Part shown: one piece after another, positions 11,177 to 24,136 of the stretch | Numbering within the stretch: the stretch's first letter is position 1 | Layout: the number at the start of each line of letters is the position of its first letter | From: Azolla caroliniana | Lineage: Eukaryota; Plantae; Polypodiophyta | Reading direction: 5' to 3' | Assembly: GCA_043228905.1 (NCBI GenBank) | Contig: JBHGNT010000009.1 | Coordinates: 930,001-994,000 of the forward strand | DNA: 64,000 nucleotides | The notes under the pieces: generated by a model | What the model was told of the DNA's origin: nothing | What the model saw: the letters and a program-made list of their open reading frames with translations, nothing else | Database searches by the model: none | Made by a program: the position numbers and the translations under genes

Positions 11177-11435
11177 TGTGGAATGCTCAAGATGTGAAAT
11201 GCTCTCAAGAATAGCCTCCCTTTCATTATGTCTCAAGTTACACTTTATAGACTCTCTCTTAGCGTGGAGGGTGTTCTCCCGCTCCAATTAGCTCTACTAA
11301 TTATGGGGCTTGGTGGGGGCCTAGTTTGGGTGTGGTGCATGAGGCTTGGTAGGGGCCTAATTTGGGTGTGGTCTATGTGTGGTGCATGGGGCTTGGTAGG
11401 GGCCTAATCTAGGTGTGGTCCATGTGACCACCACA
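11177..11435 (-). repeat. 5' LTR of the gypsy element (243-bp shared part plus a 16-bp extra U5 end)
   Basis: 11193-11435 is identical to 6618-6860; 11177-11192 is a degenerate duplicate of the LTR end. Confidence 0.93.
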
Positions 11436-11854
11436 ATATAACGTTATGAAATACTCAACTATCTCATTTAGTGGATACCTACATATATTTTGAATCATGT
11501 CTCTTGCAACTAATTTATGTAGCACATCATCTTTGATGGGGGAAAAGAATTTGATTCGTTGTAATCTAGGAGTTGGCACCGCTTTGGCTCAAGCATGAAC
11601 TGAGTTGTTTAACCATCACATGGTTGTTTACATACCCGTATTTAACGTTTAAATACGTATATTATCTCATAATTTGTATAGTACGTATTATACCTCAATG
11701 TTGTTCAGTCAAATATCATGTACATTTGAAAAAATAGGTATAATATGTATTTATAAATAAATGTAAGTAAAACCCCAACCAAAAAGGAAAAGGAAAAAAA
11801 TATTTTAGTGAAAAAGAAGAGATGACGACAACGACAAAGAAGAAGAAGAAGCAG

Positions 11855-12010
11855 AGAGAAATGAAAACAGAAACCTATCCTGACTCTTACTCTGATAATC
11901 ACAGAAGAGAAATGAAAACAGAAACCTATCTTGACTCTTACTCTGATAATCACAGAAGAGAGAAATGAAGACAGAAACCTATCCTGACTCTGACTGTGAT
12001 AATCACAGAA
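11855..12010. repeat. ~51-bp minisatellite, 3 copies
   Basis: Unit AGAGAAATGAAAACAGAAACCTATCCTGACTCTTACTCTGATAATCACAGA. Confidence 0.9.
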
Positions 12011-12237
12011 GATAGAAGACGATGATGAAGAAGAGAGAAAGAAGACAAAAACTTATCTCGAGTGTGATAATCATAGACGATTCCTCAATCTATGAAGGCA
12101 TAATCGTAAATAATTACAATTTGAAATAGAACATCGTGATACACACTTACATTGATTTATAGATAAGTTAATGTCGATATCCATATTATAAGTATTTTAG
12201 GATGTGAAATGTTCAAATGTCTTATATGCATTTTAGG

Positions 12238-12806
12238 TGCAAGGTTCGGGGGTAACCGTTGGCCGCTTGTTGCAATTATGCAAGGTGCAAGGTTCAATCA
12301 AGTGGGGAAATATATGTTGGCTATCATGGCAGGCTGCAATTGGCCGATACGAGCATCAGGAGGAGGGGATGACTTTGGTGATAAAAGCACAAGAGGTCCT
12401 TTTCTCCTCCAGCGGCAATGTCCACTCTATTCCTCTTAATGACAAATCTCAAGAGGTGTTGGAATTGGTCAACCCAATAACCCTTTGGATTCTATGGAAA
12501 CAACGATGTAGGCGAGTCTTCTCCAACCAAACCACCCATCCAACAAGGTTACTGCAAGAGATATGGAGTGAAATTGTAGCCACTCTGAAGAGCCAATATG
12601 ATGGCCTTAAAGGTGGCTCCGAGGGAGTTGAAAGACAACGCATAACCTTCATCCAACAATGGTCGTCCTCTCCCTTGAGTTAATGGGCTTCCACATTAGA
12701 TGGAACTATCGCGTCCCTTTAGGGATTTGTACATAATCGTCTCATTTGTAAATTTTTATAACTAATGGAAGGAGTGTTTTTTTGGAAAAAAAGAAAAAGA
12801 AAAAGA
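12238..12806 (+). mobile_element. 5'-truncated L1-type LINE
   Basis: ORF2 C-terminal motif ITLWILWKQRCRRVFS; A-rich tail; 12-bp TSD ATGCATTTTAGG at 12226-12237 and 12807-12818. Confidence 0.9.
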
Positions 12807-13164
12807 ATGCATTTTAGGATGTAAAACTATAATGTACATCACAAAATTGTGTAAACATAGATGCTTTTCACAATATTACAAATATTTTTTAGAAAGGTAA
12901 ATAATTTTCAAATTCTAGAAATATTTTACGTACTATACGTAAAATATGTATTTTACGTATTTTATAAGTATTTAACATATAAAAATATGTATTTAACATA
13001 TTTTTAAACTAGGAGGTATTATATGCGTACAAATATGTTATATACGTATGGTATTCACACCGTATCTAACGTACCTAACAACCATGAGTTACCATCGGTA
13101 AATGGTTTGTTCAAGCTTGAGGTTTGTTAATCGATTTGAGCTTGGTTTGATTCGGCTTGTTTAG

Positions 13165-13201
<37 letters not shown>

Positions 13202-13414
13202 CCATGGGAGATGGTGTTATTTTAAGATGGTATGATTGGGTTTCTGGTATTACATTTGCTCGATTCGTTTTGAGGTGAGAGTTATGATCCAATACCAAAG
13301 AAAGTTCAACATGATTCTATCAAATACTATGTGAGGTGATAACATACAGTGGCATTTATTGAGCCAATAACATGATTGTATCACCCTATTAAGTCATGGC
13401 GTATTTACATTAGA

Positions 13415-13878
13415 TATTAGAGATATGATCTAATGTAAGTGTATGATAAGGAGAAAAGAATGATAGATAGATAGATAGATAGAAAGGAGAGAGAGAAAGA
13501 AGGGCGTCGATCCACCCGACCACCCTCGAGCGAAGGGATCGAGATGGACTTGAACCTCGATCGACATCCCATACCACCGTCGTGGCGTTGAGTTGTACCT
13601 GGTGCTGGCGCGCTCACTACAAGAGTTGAACCACCATGAAACAATATCTCCACGTAGTCAAAAGATGATGAAATGAGGGTAGTTATGCCTCTTATTTATA
13701 GCGATACCCAAGGCCCCCAGGCAAGTTCACACTTGGCCTAATGGGTTGTCTCAATCCTGAGGATTAAAAGTAATCCTCCCCTTCTTTACACTCTCGTTTA
13801 ATCCTCACACTTATCCATGTATATAGAATACTACGGTAAATTCTCACCACGGGATATTATATGGTCATGCCCGTAACA
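13415..13878 (-). mobile_element. Solo LTR (family A), TGTTA...TAATA termini
   Basis: 464 bp, homologous to 37486-37940 in opposite orientation; internal CTATAAATA TATA box; 5-bp TSD TTAGA at 13410-13414 and 13879-13883. Confidence 0.85.
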
Positions 13879-14954
13879 TTAGACATATTGAACTACTTCA
13901 AATTATGGTTGTAGATTTTGATGAAATTTATGACAGTACATAGTTAAATGCACAAACAAATTTATGGTGAACACAAGAATACATCAACTTGTGTGCATTA
14001 TACATCTCAATGGTTATAACTTATGATATGATTAGCCTTTTATATTTGCTTGAAGAGACTTTAAGATGGTCATGCAAACCAAATAAAGAGAATCACTTTT
14101 TTGAGAAAGCATATAAATAGCATTGAGAAAGATGAAGCTTAGTTTTTAATATCTATTTCTAAAACCATAATTTCAGCCTATCGAAGCTTTAATTTTCGTA
14201 TTCTCCTTTTTTTTGCATCTGTATTGTGTCTAGATCATAATATTTCCCTAACTTATATATATATACATTCTATATATTGTGTGTAGACGCTATTTGTCTC
14301 ATAACATGCGAGGCATATGTATGGAGTGTTAGGGTTGTGCTCATGTGACAGAAGATGCTCTACATGGAAGTGATTAGATTGTTACCTTGTACCAATGCTC
14401 ATCACGAATTCCATTACATTGTTCACCAATGCAATAAATGCATGCACATATTTGAGTTTGCACCTCATTGTCCATCATGCATGCATGTATGTCAAACCCG
14501 TCCTATATGTCTCTCTATTTAGTGATCACCAAAGCTCGCCATAGTTTACGATGTTGCCATTATTAGATCACACTTTCACCAGTTTTGGAGCTTCGTTTGA
14601 TTTTAATACCCGGTCGAGAATTTCGACGTCTCTCTTGCCCTTATTTGCAGAAGGGTTTTTGACAAAGATGAGGTCCGAGGTTAGTGGGTTCTTGTAAATG
14701 CTTAAGTTTTGATCGCGACCAAGCAAGTGGGCTCTACGACACTTGGAAGGCCCAATGGAAGGTCAACAATGTGAACACATCTCAACTTCTTTCCTCTCCA
14801 TCTAGAGTCTACACACACACACACACACACACATATACGAATATGCAGGCAGATACATATGTATGTATATGTATACAGTATAACATATATATGTACATAT
14901 ATATATGCGGGGTATGGCGAAGCTCCTCCCTTTTGTTTGATTGATGGGGACGCG

Positions 14955-17900
14955 ATGAGACTCCCCATGAGCAGCCTTCTGGAAGGCTTTGTCTCTCAGT
15001 TCCTGGCAGACTATCTCAGTAATTACATCAAAGGAATCCAGCCCGAACAGTTCAGACTCGGCCTTTGGAACGGTATGTTCTTCTTCTTCTTCTTTCTCAC
15101 TCTCTCGTGTACATATACATGTTTGAATAAAAGTAAAAGTAAAAGTAAAAGCAGAAAGCAAGCATTCAGAAGCCGAAACCCAATGAAAAAGAAGAAGAAA
15201 AAACAGCCCCTGAAAAAAAGAGAACAATGAAACAAAAATAAAAATTTGGGCTTCATTTTCTATTCAAACCTGTGAATGGTGCTATTTGTATTTTATTCTA
15301 TGATCAGGTATTGCAGAGTTTGAGAATGTGGAGCTCAGGCTTGAAGCCTTCGACTATTTGCAGCTTCCCATTGCCATTAGAGAAGGTACAGGAAGTTGTC
15401 AGTTTTATATGAATATAGGATTCTAGATATGTGTACATATTTACACATGGAATTGCATCTGCCTTCATGTGAGAGAAAACATGTATAAATGTTTGTATCA
15501 ACAAACATTTATTATGTATTAACGTATATAATGAATACGAGATTTTGTTATATGTGAATTTATACTTGGAATTTTATCTGTTTTGTTTGTGAGAACACAT
15601 AAATGCATGGAATGAAATATCATCTTTGATATGAGAGAATATTTAGACATGGAAGTTTGCCTTCTTCTATTTAGGAGAAAACATTTGTGCATGGAATATA
15701 TGATTTTATGTTGGAGGAAACAAGTTTATGTGTTACTATTTAATTTGAGCCGTCTGCTTTAATGTGAGGCACAACATTTTACATGCAACTTTATCTGCTT
15801 TCTCGTGGGAGAAATCAAATATAAATGTATTGGATGTATATCAGCTCCATAAGATACCATTTTCTTTGTGAAAAGAAACATGGATTATGGATGTAGGCAT
15901 CTAAGCATTGGTCAGTTGGATGGTGACTGCTGTTAATATTTGAGCGTGAGGTTTGAAGGTGACTTGAGGAAATCTTGCCTCTTGTGAAGAATTTAGAATT
16001 TGGTACATGTTCTTCGTCCTTCCTGAAGTCGGAATCTGCAAATTTTCAAATTCAACGAGGGATTATGAGAAATGTGATTATGATCATTCCAATGCAAGGT
16101 ATGTTAGAGTCCCTCTTGATTTCTGAAATGTGAGACTAAAGAATGGCCAGTCTGTTGGGAACAAAGGTATATGAATCAGGTGACATCATTTCTAAATACC
16201 TAGAGTTGTGGATGCATTGGGCAATGCAAGATATGGTTCTGGAACGAAAGCAATCTTGCAATGTTAGACTGTTATCCAATGGTTCCAATTTCACAATATA
16301 ATTACGTCTAACAATTCTTCACCAGGTTTACAACCCATATATTAGAAGAACTGTCAATGCTGCATTGCAATCCTCTTTTGAGATTATATTTCCCATGGTA
16401 TACTTAACTTTTTGAAATTAGGATTTTGACGCAAAATTTCTGATTGTAAAACTTGGTGACCTCAAAGTCTAATATGCGTTGGTGGTTCTACTCATTTATC
16501 ACATCTGTCCTACTTTATGGTGCATAGATACGGGAACCTAGCTTGATTCACAAAAAAGTGCATCCGAGAGTGATGATTTGGGTTATGCTTAGGAGGATAT
16601 CTCAACTCATTTTGCCAGAGATGCATAGAATTACAAAGAAAAATATTATAATGGATGGCCGCCATGGGTGCTTTCCAGTTGTGGTGATAACCCACATGAT
16701 TAGGAATGAACTCTCAACACTACATTCCATTATCTGAGCTGACGTGGAAGCAACACAAATAGTTACAAAGGCTTTGTGCAAAGTTATGCATTTCATTCAT
16801 AAGATGTGTGATATGCATCAGATAGGTATAATCAAACTTAATTTTGATTCCTCACGATTCCTTGCATTTGAGGGAACGCTAGCATTTTAGTACTTGCAAG
16901 TGATATCCTACTGATAAATAGGATTTTAGCCTCTACACTGAGGAGTCAGAAACACATCAATAGTGATGAAAGTTTTCTTTTGCAACGATTTGTTTCATTC
17001 CCAGATGTGGGACACACTGCAAGGTTGGTATAGACTTGGCTATGATTCCTCATGACACTGGAAATTGAGGGAAATGTTAGGAGTTTGCTACACGCAGATG
17101 ATTATTCAGTGTACACGGGTTTGACATAAAAGCATTACCATTGTAGAAGCATGGAAGCTCCCTCTTACTCACTTACCCATCATGAATTGAAAAGAGTAGG
17201 TGGGATATCATTAGATTGGATACGCGCAGGACTTGGGAGAAACAATGAATTTTCTGACTCTAGGATCATCTTCCGAACCTCCACTTTACTATATGCTGAT
17301 GTTGTTGTGTTGATCTTTGACTCTCTGAAGGGCATTGCAAAGACATCTAGATGCTCTAAAATCATTTTTGTGTGGACAAAGATTTATCAGTAAACCTCGA
17401 TGAAACAAAAGTGATGGTGTTTACCAACACTCAAGCATGATTAGGAGTTCTTCTTGGGAGTGGAAAATGTGGCATATACACAATCCTACACATACTTAGA
17501 AGCAGCATTCACAAGGTCTTGGTTCTTCCTATGATGATAGGAGGCTGGTTGTGCTGGACTTTGTTGTGGATATACAGCCCTTGGTGCGCTTGAAAGACAA
17601 TGTGCACATATACAGTTCCTAGAACGAAGAACTAATTTGTGGTTGTTCGATATGTTTTTAATGCCAATGAGTAGAAACTTGTGACCAAATCTTCATAGAG
17701 AATTCAACTGAGCAGATTTAGGGAGACCAGTAATCTCGACGATTGCCCACATGATGAGTGAAGCATCAGTGTGCCATGATATAATTTGGGTAGAGATGGG
17801 AGTAGCCCAAAAACTGACCAATGAATTCCAATGAGTGACTGGTCTCCGTCGGATTTGGAGCTCTCAAAACAAAGGGACTCAACACTGGTACCTATGTCAT

Positions 17901-20900
17901 CAAAGTAGATGGCTGAACGTGGAGATAATAATTGTTGGTATACTGAAATGCAAGAATAGTTCTAGTGACATGGCGTGAATATAAATGCAGTACCGATTCC
18001 AGTATGAAACGCCTGAACATGACCAAAGTGGAAAAGAGAAGAATGATCCAAACTGATATTATTAAGTTGGATAATGCAGGAACATAGGTCAATGCCACAA
18101 TGTGTCGGTAGGAAGGTGGCACACTATAAGACGCTCTTTTTATGAACGTCACGAGATGGATATATTATTAGCCATTCTCATATTGATAGACATCTATCTC
18201 ATGCGCTTAATAACGTGACGGTGTCATGAAGATCTATATAAAATACCAGAAATATACATATAAAATATGATAATCATCATGTCATTACAAAAGGTTGTAG
18301 ATGGACTTGAACCTTGGCCTCCATGTATATATCAAAGGTTTAACCAGTACGTTATGCTTTCATACACAATATTTATTCTTACTACTCATAACTAATCTAT
18401 GTTATAGATTTGATATTACAAGATGTTGCCTCCTTGCACAAGCTAATGCGTGATATGCTAACGGCATGCTTGCGTGAATGCCAAGTGGCAATCATGCATA
18501 GAGGCGAGGTTCAGTCTCAATCATTGCCTGCATGATAAGGAGCAAATCATCGATGTGCCATGATAAAATTTGGGCACAGATTGAGTAGCCCCAATAATCA
18601 TTGAGGCATTATTCCGATTAGTGAATGGTATCCAATGGTTGTGGGAGCTTCCTAATTGAAGGTACTCAAAATTGGTATTTATTTCATCAAAACAAATTGC
18701 TGAACACAGAGATAATCATTGTTGGTGTGTTGAAAAGCAAGAATGCTTCAAATCATATGGCATAGTTATTTCTGCTTTTTACTCAAAGATCAATATCTTT
18801 AGGAAAGCAAATATCAAAAAATATTTGGGATAGATAATAAAACCATTGCCTAATAATCGGATAGTGAATGGCCAGAGTATTTGGGAAAGGTCTGTATGTC
18901 AAAATGAAACATCCAGAATTAAAGGACAAGTCGAAGGCACATATATCAAGTTCAAATTGTACTGTCATTTGTGTGTATATGGACTGTACGAAATCATAGT
19001 TCTTATTTGTACGATTGGGAAAAGTTTAATTTTGTGCTTCTTTGTCAAAATCCTTAGAAAGTACCTCATTTTACTCAAAAGATCAATATGAAACTTTTCT
19101 ATAAGAGATGTTGCTATTTCTGCTGCCGTTCTTGTCTGGTAAGGTGTTTTCTTAAGCCAATGAAATATTTTCTGATATCAAGGATGACATTCTAGAATAA
19201 GTGTTTCACAATGCTTGATGTGTGCCTGTGACTGTTGATCCAAAGAGTGGTTACTGGATAACAGCAGAATAACTTTTTCATAATTATATCGGATGTGCAC
19301 TCTGAAAAATATTTCCAAGAAAACTGAAATATGAGTTTGTTGAAGAAGACCTACTTAGAATCAATACTTATTGTTCGTGTCCGAATTTTTTCATTAGGTA
19401 TTGTTGGCAAGCTAAAAATACAAGTTCCTTGGACGAAGCTTGGCCGGGAGCCAATACTTGTTGTTCTTCAAGATGTATATATATGTGCTTGTCCTCGAGA
19501 TGAGTTTGAGGTATGGATGATTATAGCTTATCAGTCAATTTGGATATATATTTTTAATTCTCTGCTCTCTTCTTTAGTGGAAAAGTGAAGCCTTAGAAGC
19601 TAGGTCCCTAGCGGCAAAGAAAGCAAAACTTGCAGCTGCAGAATTGTCCAAGCTCTCAGCTCGGATATCTAGCCATGTATCAGGTATTTGCATTATTGAT
19701 TTCATTAAGACATCAAATGTTCCTATATTTTTCATCTGATGAATATTTAGCTACTATACTTTTGTGATGTTCCAAGTAATTTAATTTCTGGATCTGTAGA
19801 TAGTTTTGATGGTGCTTGGCTGTTTTAAAATTATATAAATATATTTGGTGATTTGTAGGTAATCATTCAAATCAGTCGTTTTTCTCGTATGTTTCCACGA
19901 AGGTAAGCTGGATTTCTTCCTTTATGTGTGTATAATTTGTTTTGATAGGGAGCTTTGTACACCATTTGGAAGGTGTGAACCAATGCAATGTTATACTTCA
20001 CCCTTAGGTCAATATCATTCCTTTGGGCTAACATTTAGTTTTCAATCAAATGACATTGTTAGTGTGGATTCACAACTAAGATATTTACTTAGATAACCTA
20101 CCTAAGGTTGTCTACATAATAATATAATAATATAATTTGATTATTGTGGAAAATTGATATTTTTCTTTTTTATTATTTCCTGAAAGCATTAATCTATATG
20201 CACAAAGGACTATCATGTACATGTTTGTACCATTGAAATGATTTTAGAGACTTAGATGGATAAAATATGGTTCAACCTTACAATTTTGTTGTGCAATTAT
20301 CCTGCTTTATGTTGTATTCAATGTATCAGGTATTTGCATACCAAATAAAATGGAGAAGGCCATGAGTCTACCATCAAACCTGATATACTTCATTCCACGA
20401 CCACACTGGACAGCTGTTTATTGTATATGATATCTTCTTGTATGCAAGTGAATGCTGCATGTGGAAGAACATAGGATCAGAAAATATAAATAGTTTATTT
20501 TTCCTTAACTTTTGGTGGGATCTTAGAAATATCAAGAATCGATTAGATAGGTATATAGAGTTACAATGACATAGATGAGTAGCTCGCAATGGTAGTCCAC
20601 CCATGTGCTCACACCTTAGAGCTTAGATGGGATCTGGACCAGACAACTACAAATTAGTGGGGCCATATAATAGTCACAGCCACTATGTAAGAGAGAGAGC
20701 GTGGATTATATTCTCTATTTGGTCTTAGTGTCACCTTAAATGTGCAAGTTAGTTGGTAGTAGTGGAGATATTCATTTATATATGACCCAACTCCCTAGAT
20801 ACAAGCGGGCGCTAGATAGTACTATTCTTACAGTCACTGGGACATACTTCGAGACTAAGTACAACATGACTTGCCCACGGAATATTCTTCTAGTCGACTT

Positions 20901-23900
20901 GACCATTCAATCCTATTACTCTACTTCCCTCCTTCCTAAATGCATTTTGTCCTACTCATCTACGGTTTCCGACATTGACACCTCATCGACCCATATGGTT
21001 GGGTTGCACAATAGCTACTCCTCATTTGGGGCGCTATCACAAAATGTGCACTCTAAGAGTACATGCGGGGATAAATTGAGAATTTGGGGTTGATCATTGA
21101 TTATATCTAATAGAGTGGTCCTCTTTCATATGAAAAAGTGTCCAAAAATAGAAACTACTGGTTGCTTATTTCAACTTCTAAATCTATGCTATCTCTCATT
21201 TAATTACTTCTCTCCCTTGATCGGGCAATAGCAATTTGTCGTGCACGTAGGCGCTGCCCCGCCCCCATGGACCACGCCTTCGACGCCCTTGTCATTGACA
21301 GATAAAAGCCATTATCTCCCGCCATCGTAGATGCTTCCCTCGCTTCGGAGACATTTCCATTCTGGATCGACCTATGCTAGAGATCTTTCGAAGACAAAAG
21401 CTACAATATACCTAACATGAGAATCTCACATGTGCCCAAAACCAGATTCCCTCGTTTCTTCTCTTTTCATCTTATTTACTTTTATTACCTGTGTAGTATT
21501 TATTTTATTTTGATTTTTCTCAAAGACGAGACAACACTCAAGATGTAATCTCTTATTTGGTCTTATAGGCCATTTTGGCCTCTTAAAAGACGTTAATATA
21601 TCTTTCTTTCTTTCTTTCTTTCTCCTTTTCTGTTTAGCAACGTTTTAGTCACTTCAACACTCCCCCTCAAGCTGGTGAATATGTGTTTGCCTTACCAGCT
21701 TGGATAGAATTTTTTTGTAATTGTAGATTGTGTAATCCTTAGTGAGAATATCTGCCAGTTGTTATTGTGAGGACACATATGTTGTGCAGATCAGATGACA
21801 TTCACCTTGTCCTTGATGAAATATCTGGCCACCTCTATGTGTTTTGTTCTGTCATTCTGTACAGGATTGTGTGTTGTTTTGATTGCTAATTTGGTGTCGC
21901 AGTAAAGATATACAGTTCCTTCCCATTTTATCTTGAAGTCTTGCGAGATCATTTTTTATCCTCAAAAGATCACATATTTCTAGTGCCATTGCTCAAAATT
22001 CAGCCTCAGCTCTTGACCTTGCTACCACATTTTTGTTTTTTCTCTTTGTGTCACTAGTAAGGATTTAAGGACATACTTTTGGAAGAGAAAAACTTGAGTT
22101 GTAGCTAGTAATGGCTGTTCTTTCTTTTTGCTATCCCATTTTATTGAGTATTCACACATGATGACAATGACTCAGGAATTACCCCTTCTCTTTGAAAATA
22201 TTGGCTTTATGTGATTAAAAATAATCTCATATGTTAATCTGATCCGATAACCGATCCAAATATCTTAATTCCAATACCAAGTCATATTGAAGAAATTGGG
22301 AACAAGTTGGTTTTTTAGCAAAAAATACCCATGTTACTGTAGTATATAATAATCAATAACTTAAATGAACCGACATGCATCAGAATTATTAGGTATAGTA
22401 GATGGACACCATACATCACTATGAACTAAATGAAAGGCAGTTGTGCTCCTACAATTGCTAATAAGAAGATTTATTTCTATGTTTTGCAAATGCACTATTG
22501 ACATTGAAAATCATCAATACTTACCTAGTAAACAAGGCTGGAAATAAAAACTGTTGTTAAAATGAAATATACCAAGTCTATGATGGTGATAAGAACTTGC
22601 TAAGAGGAAGCTGGAAGGGCAATGAAAGCCTCAGATTAAAAAGTAATCAGCAATAAAGGGCTGAATGTTATAGCGTGCTGAAGTCTGAGAGCACTTAGGA
22701 TGGCAAGTAAAACCCCAGGGTTTGATTATGCAATCTAAACAGTTGTGATGTGACTATGCAATGAAATTTTTTATACCTATGCAGATGGAGAAGGATTCTT
22801 TCAGTAATATGAAGCCTGCAGGCTGAGAAGGAAGCTTTCAGTAATGAAGGATGTGTTGCAAGGATGGACTCTCACCATGTGAAAGAACAGATGATCAGAA
22901 AATATATCTTCTTCTTATTCCTTAATTTTCTGGGTGGGAATAGTTCATGTTTATACAGGAAAACAGTGTCCAATAATGGAAACTATCAGCTGCTTTTTTC
23001 AAAATTTGAATCTGGCATTACCTCTCCTTTAGTTACTTCCTTCATTTTTTGTTTAGGAATGTTTTAGTTACGTCAACACTACAAAGTGGGTTTTCTGTTC
23101 TCCAGGAACTTCGATAGTGTTGTTGAACTAGTGAATGGATAAAAATGAAAAAATGAAATAAACAACTGCAGAGTATAATTGCCCAAGAGGTTTTTGCGTA
23201 AAGAACAACTAACTCATTATTACAATCCTCTAGATCAATATTGGGCTAGATGGGCTAGATGGTATATAGTCTACTTCTCAGAAATATGCTCAGTTTCCTT
23301 GCAAGCTGTAGATTGACTACGTGTAGGCTGCCATTCTGCTGTGCAAACACTATTGTTTCTGGTACTTGAATATGGCTAAATGGACCATGATTGAGATTAT
23401 ACTGGCTATGTTGGAACCTCTCTGAATCATTAAAGTTTATTGAATTATGGGGCTGGTTCTTCTATCCATGTTCTTTTAAGGAGAATTAGCTTCACCCACT
23501 TGGTTTTCAAAATGAAATTTAAGTTTTCATATACCTTAGACTTCAGCTTTCTTATGGTACAAGTATATTTCTATATACTTCCATTGTAATTGGATAAACA
23601 GTTGATACTATAGGGTGATTATTTATATTACATTTTTCAAACATGTCTACTCATCTGTATGAAATTAACAGAAAACTACATTTTTTGTGGTTTTGGCAGC
23701 TCTTAGACAACATGCAAGTAACAGTTGAAAATGTACATTTTCGATATACCGATCAAAAGGCTGATCCAGAGGTATTGAAATGATTACTCAACTCTAGCTG
23801 ATATGCTTGAATACTACATATTCCTTGAAATAAAATATTATCCTTGCTCATGACCATTACCTATCCCAATGTAGTTTTTTTTAATGATAATTAAACTTAA

Positions 23901-24103
23901 TTTCTCTCTCTCTCTCTCTTGAGGATCTCACATGTGCCAAAAACCAGATTCCCTCATTTCTTTTCTTTTCATGTTATTTACTTTTATATTTATTGTGTAA
24001 TATTTATTTTATTTTGATTTGTTCTCAAAGACGAGACAACACTTAAGATGTAATCTCTTATTTGGTCTTATAGGCTATTTTGGCCTCTTAAAAGACGTTA
24101 ATA

Positions 24104-24136
<33 letters not shown>

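Larger units (their letters stand above)
6618..11435 (-). mobile_element. Full-length Ty3/gypsy LTR retrotransposon, non-chromovirus, young insertion
   Basis: Two 243-bp LTR copies identical by eye with TG...CA ends. 4-bp TSD ATAT at 6614-6617 and 11436-11439. PBS and PPT present; domain order gag, PR-RT-RH-IN. Markedly GC-richer than its flanks. Confidence 0.98.
11619..13086. mobile_element. Possible degenerate TIR (DNA-transposon-derived) element hosting an L1 insertion
   Basis: CATGGTTGTT...AACAACCATG ends plus an inner inverted pair (GTACGTATTATACCTC 11681-11696 versus 13013-13030). Confidence 0.3.

Noticed and set aside
15900-16800. Possible nested gene in VPS13 intron 2
   Set aside because: Only short ORFs; a trace WWFYSFITSVLLYG suggests an ancient LINE remnant.
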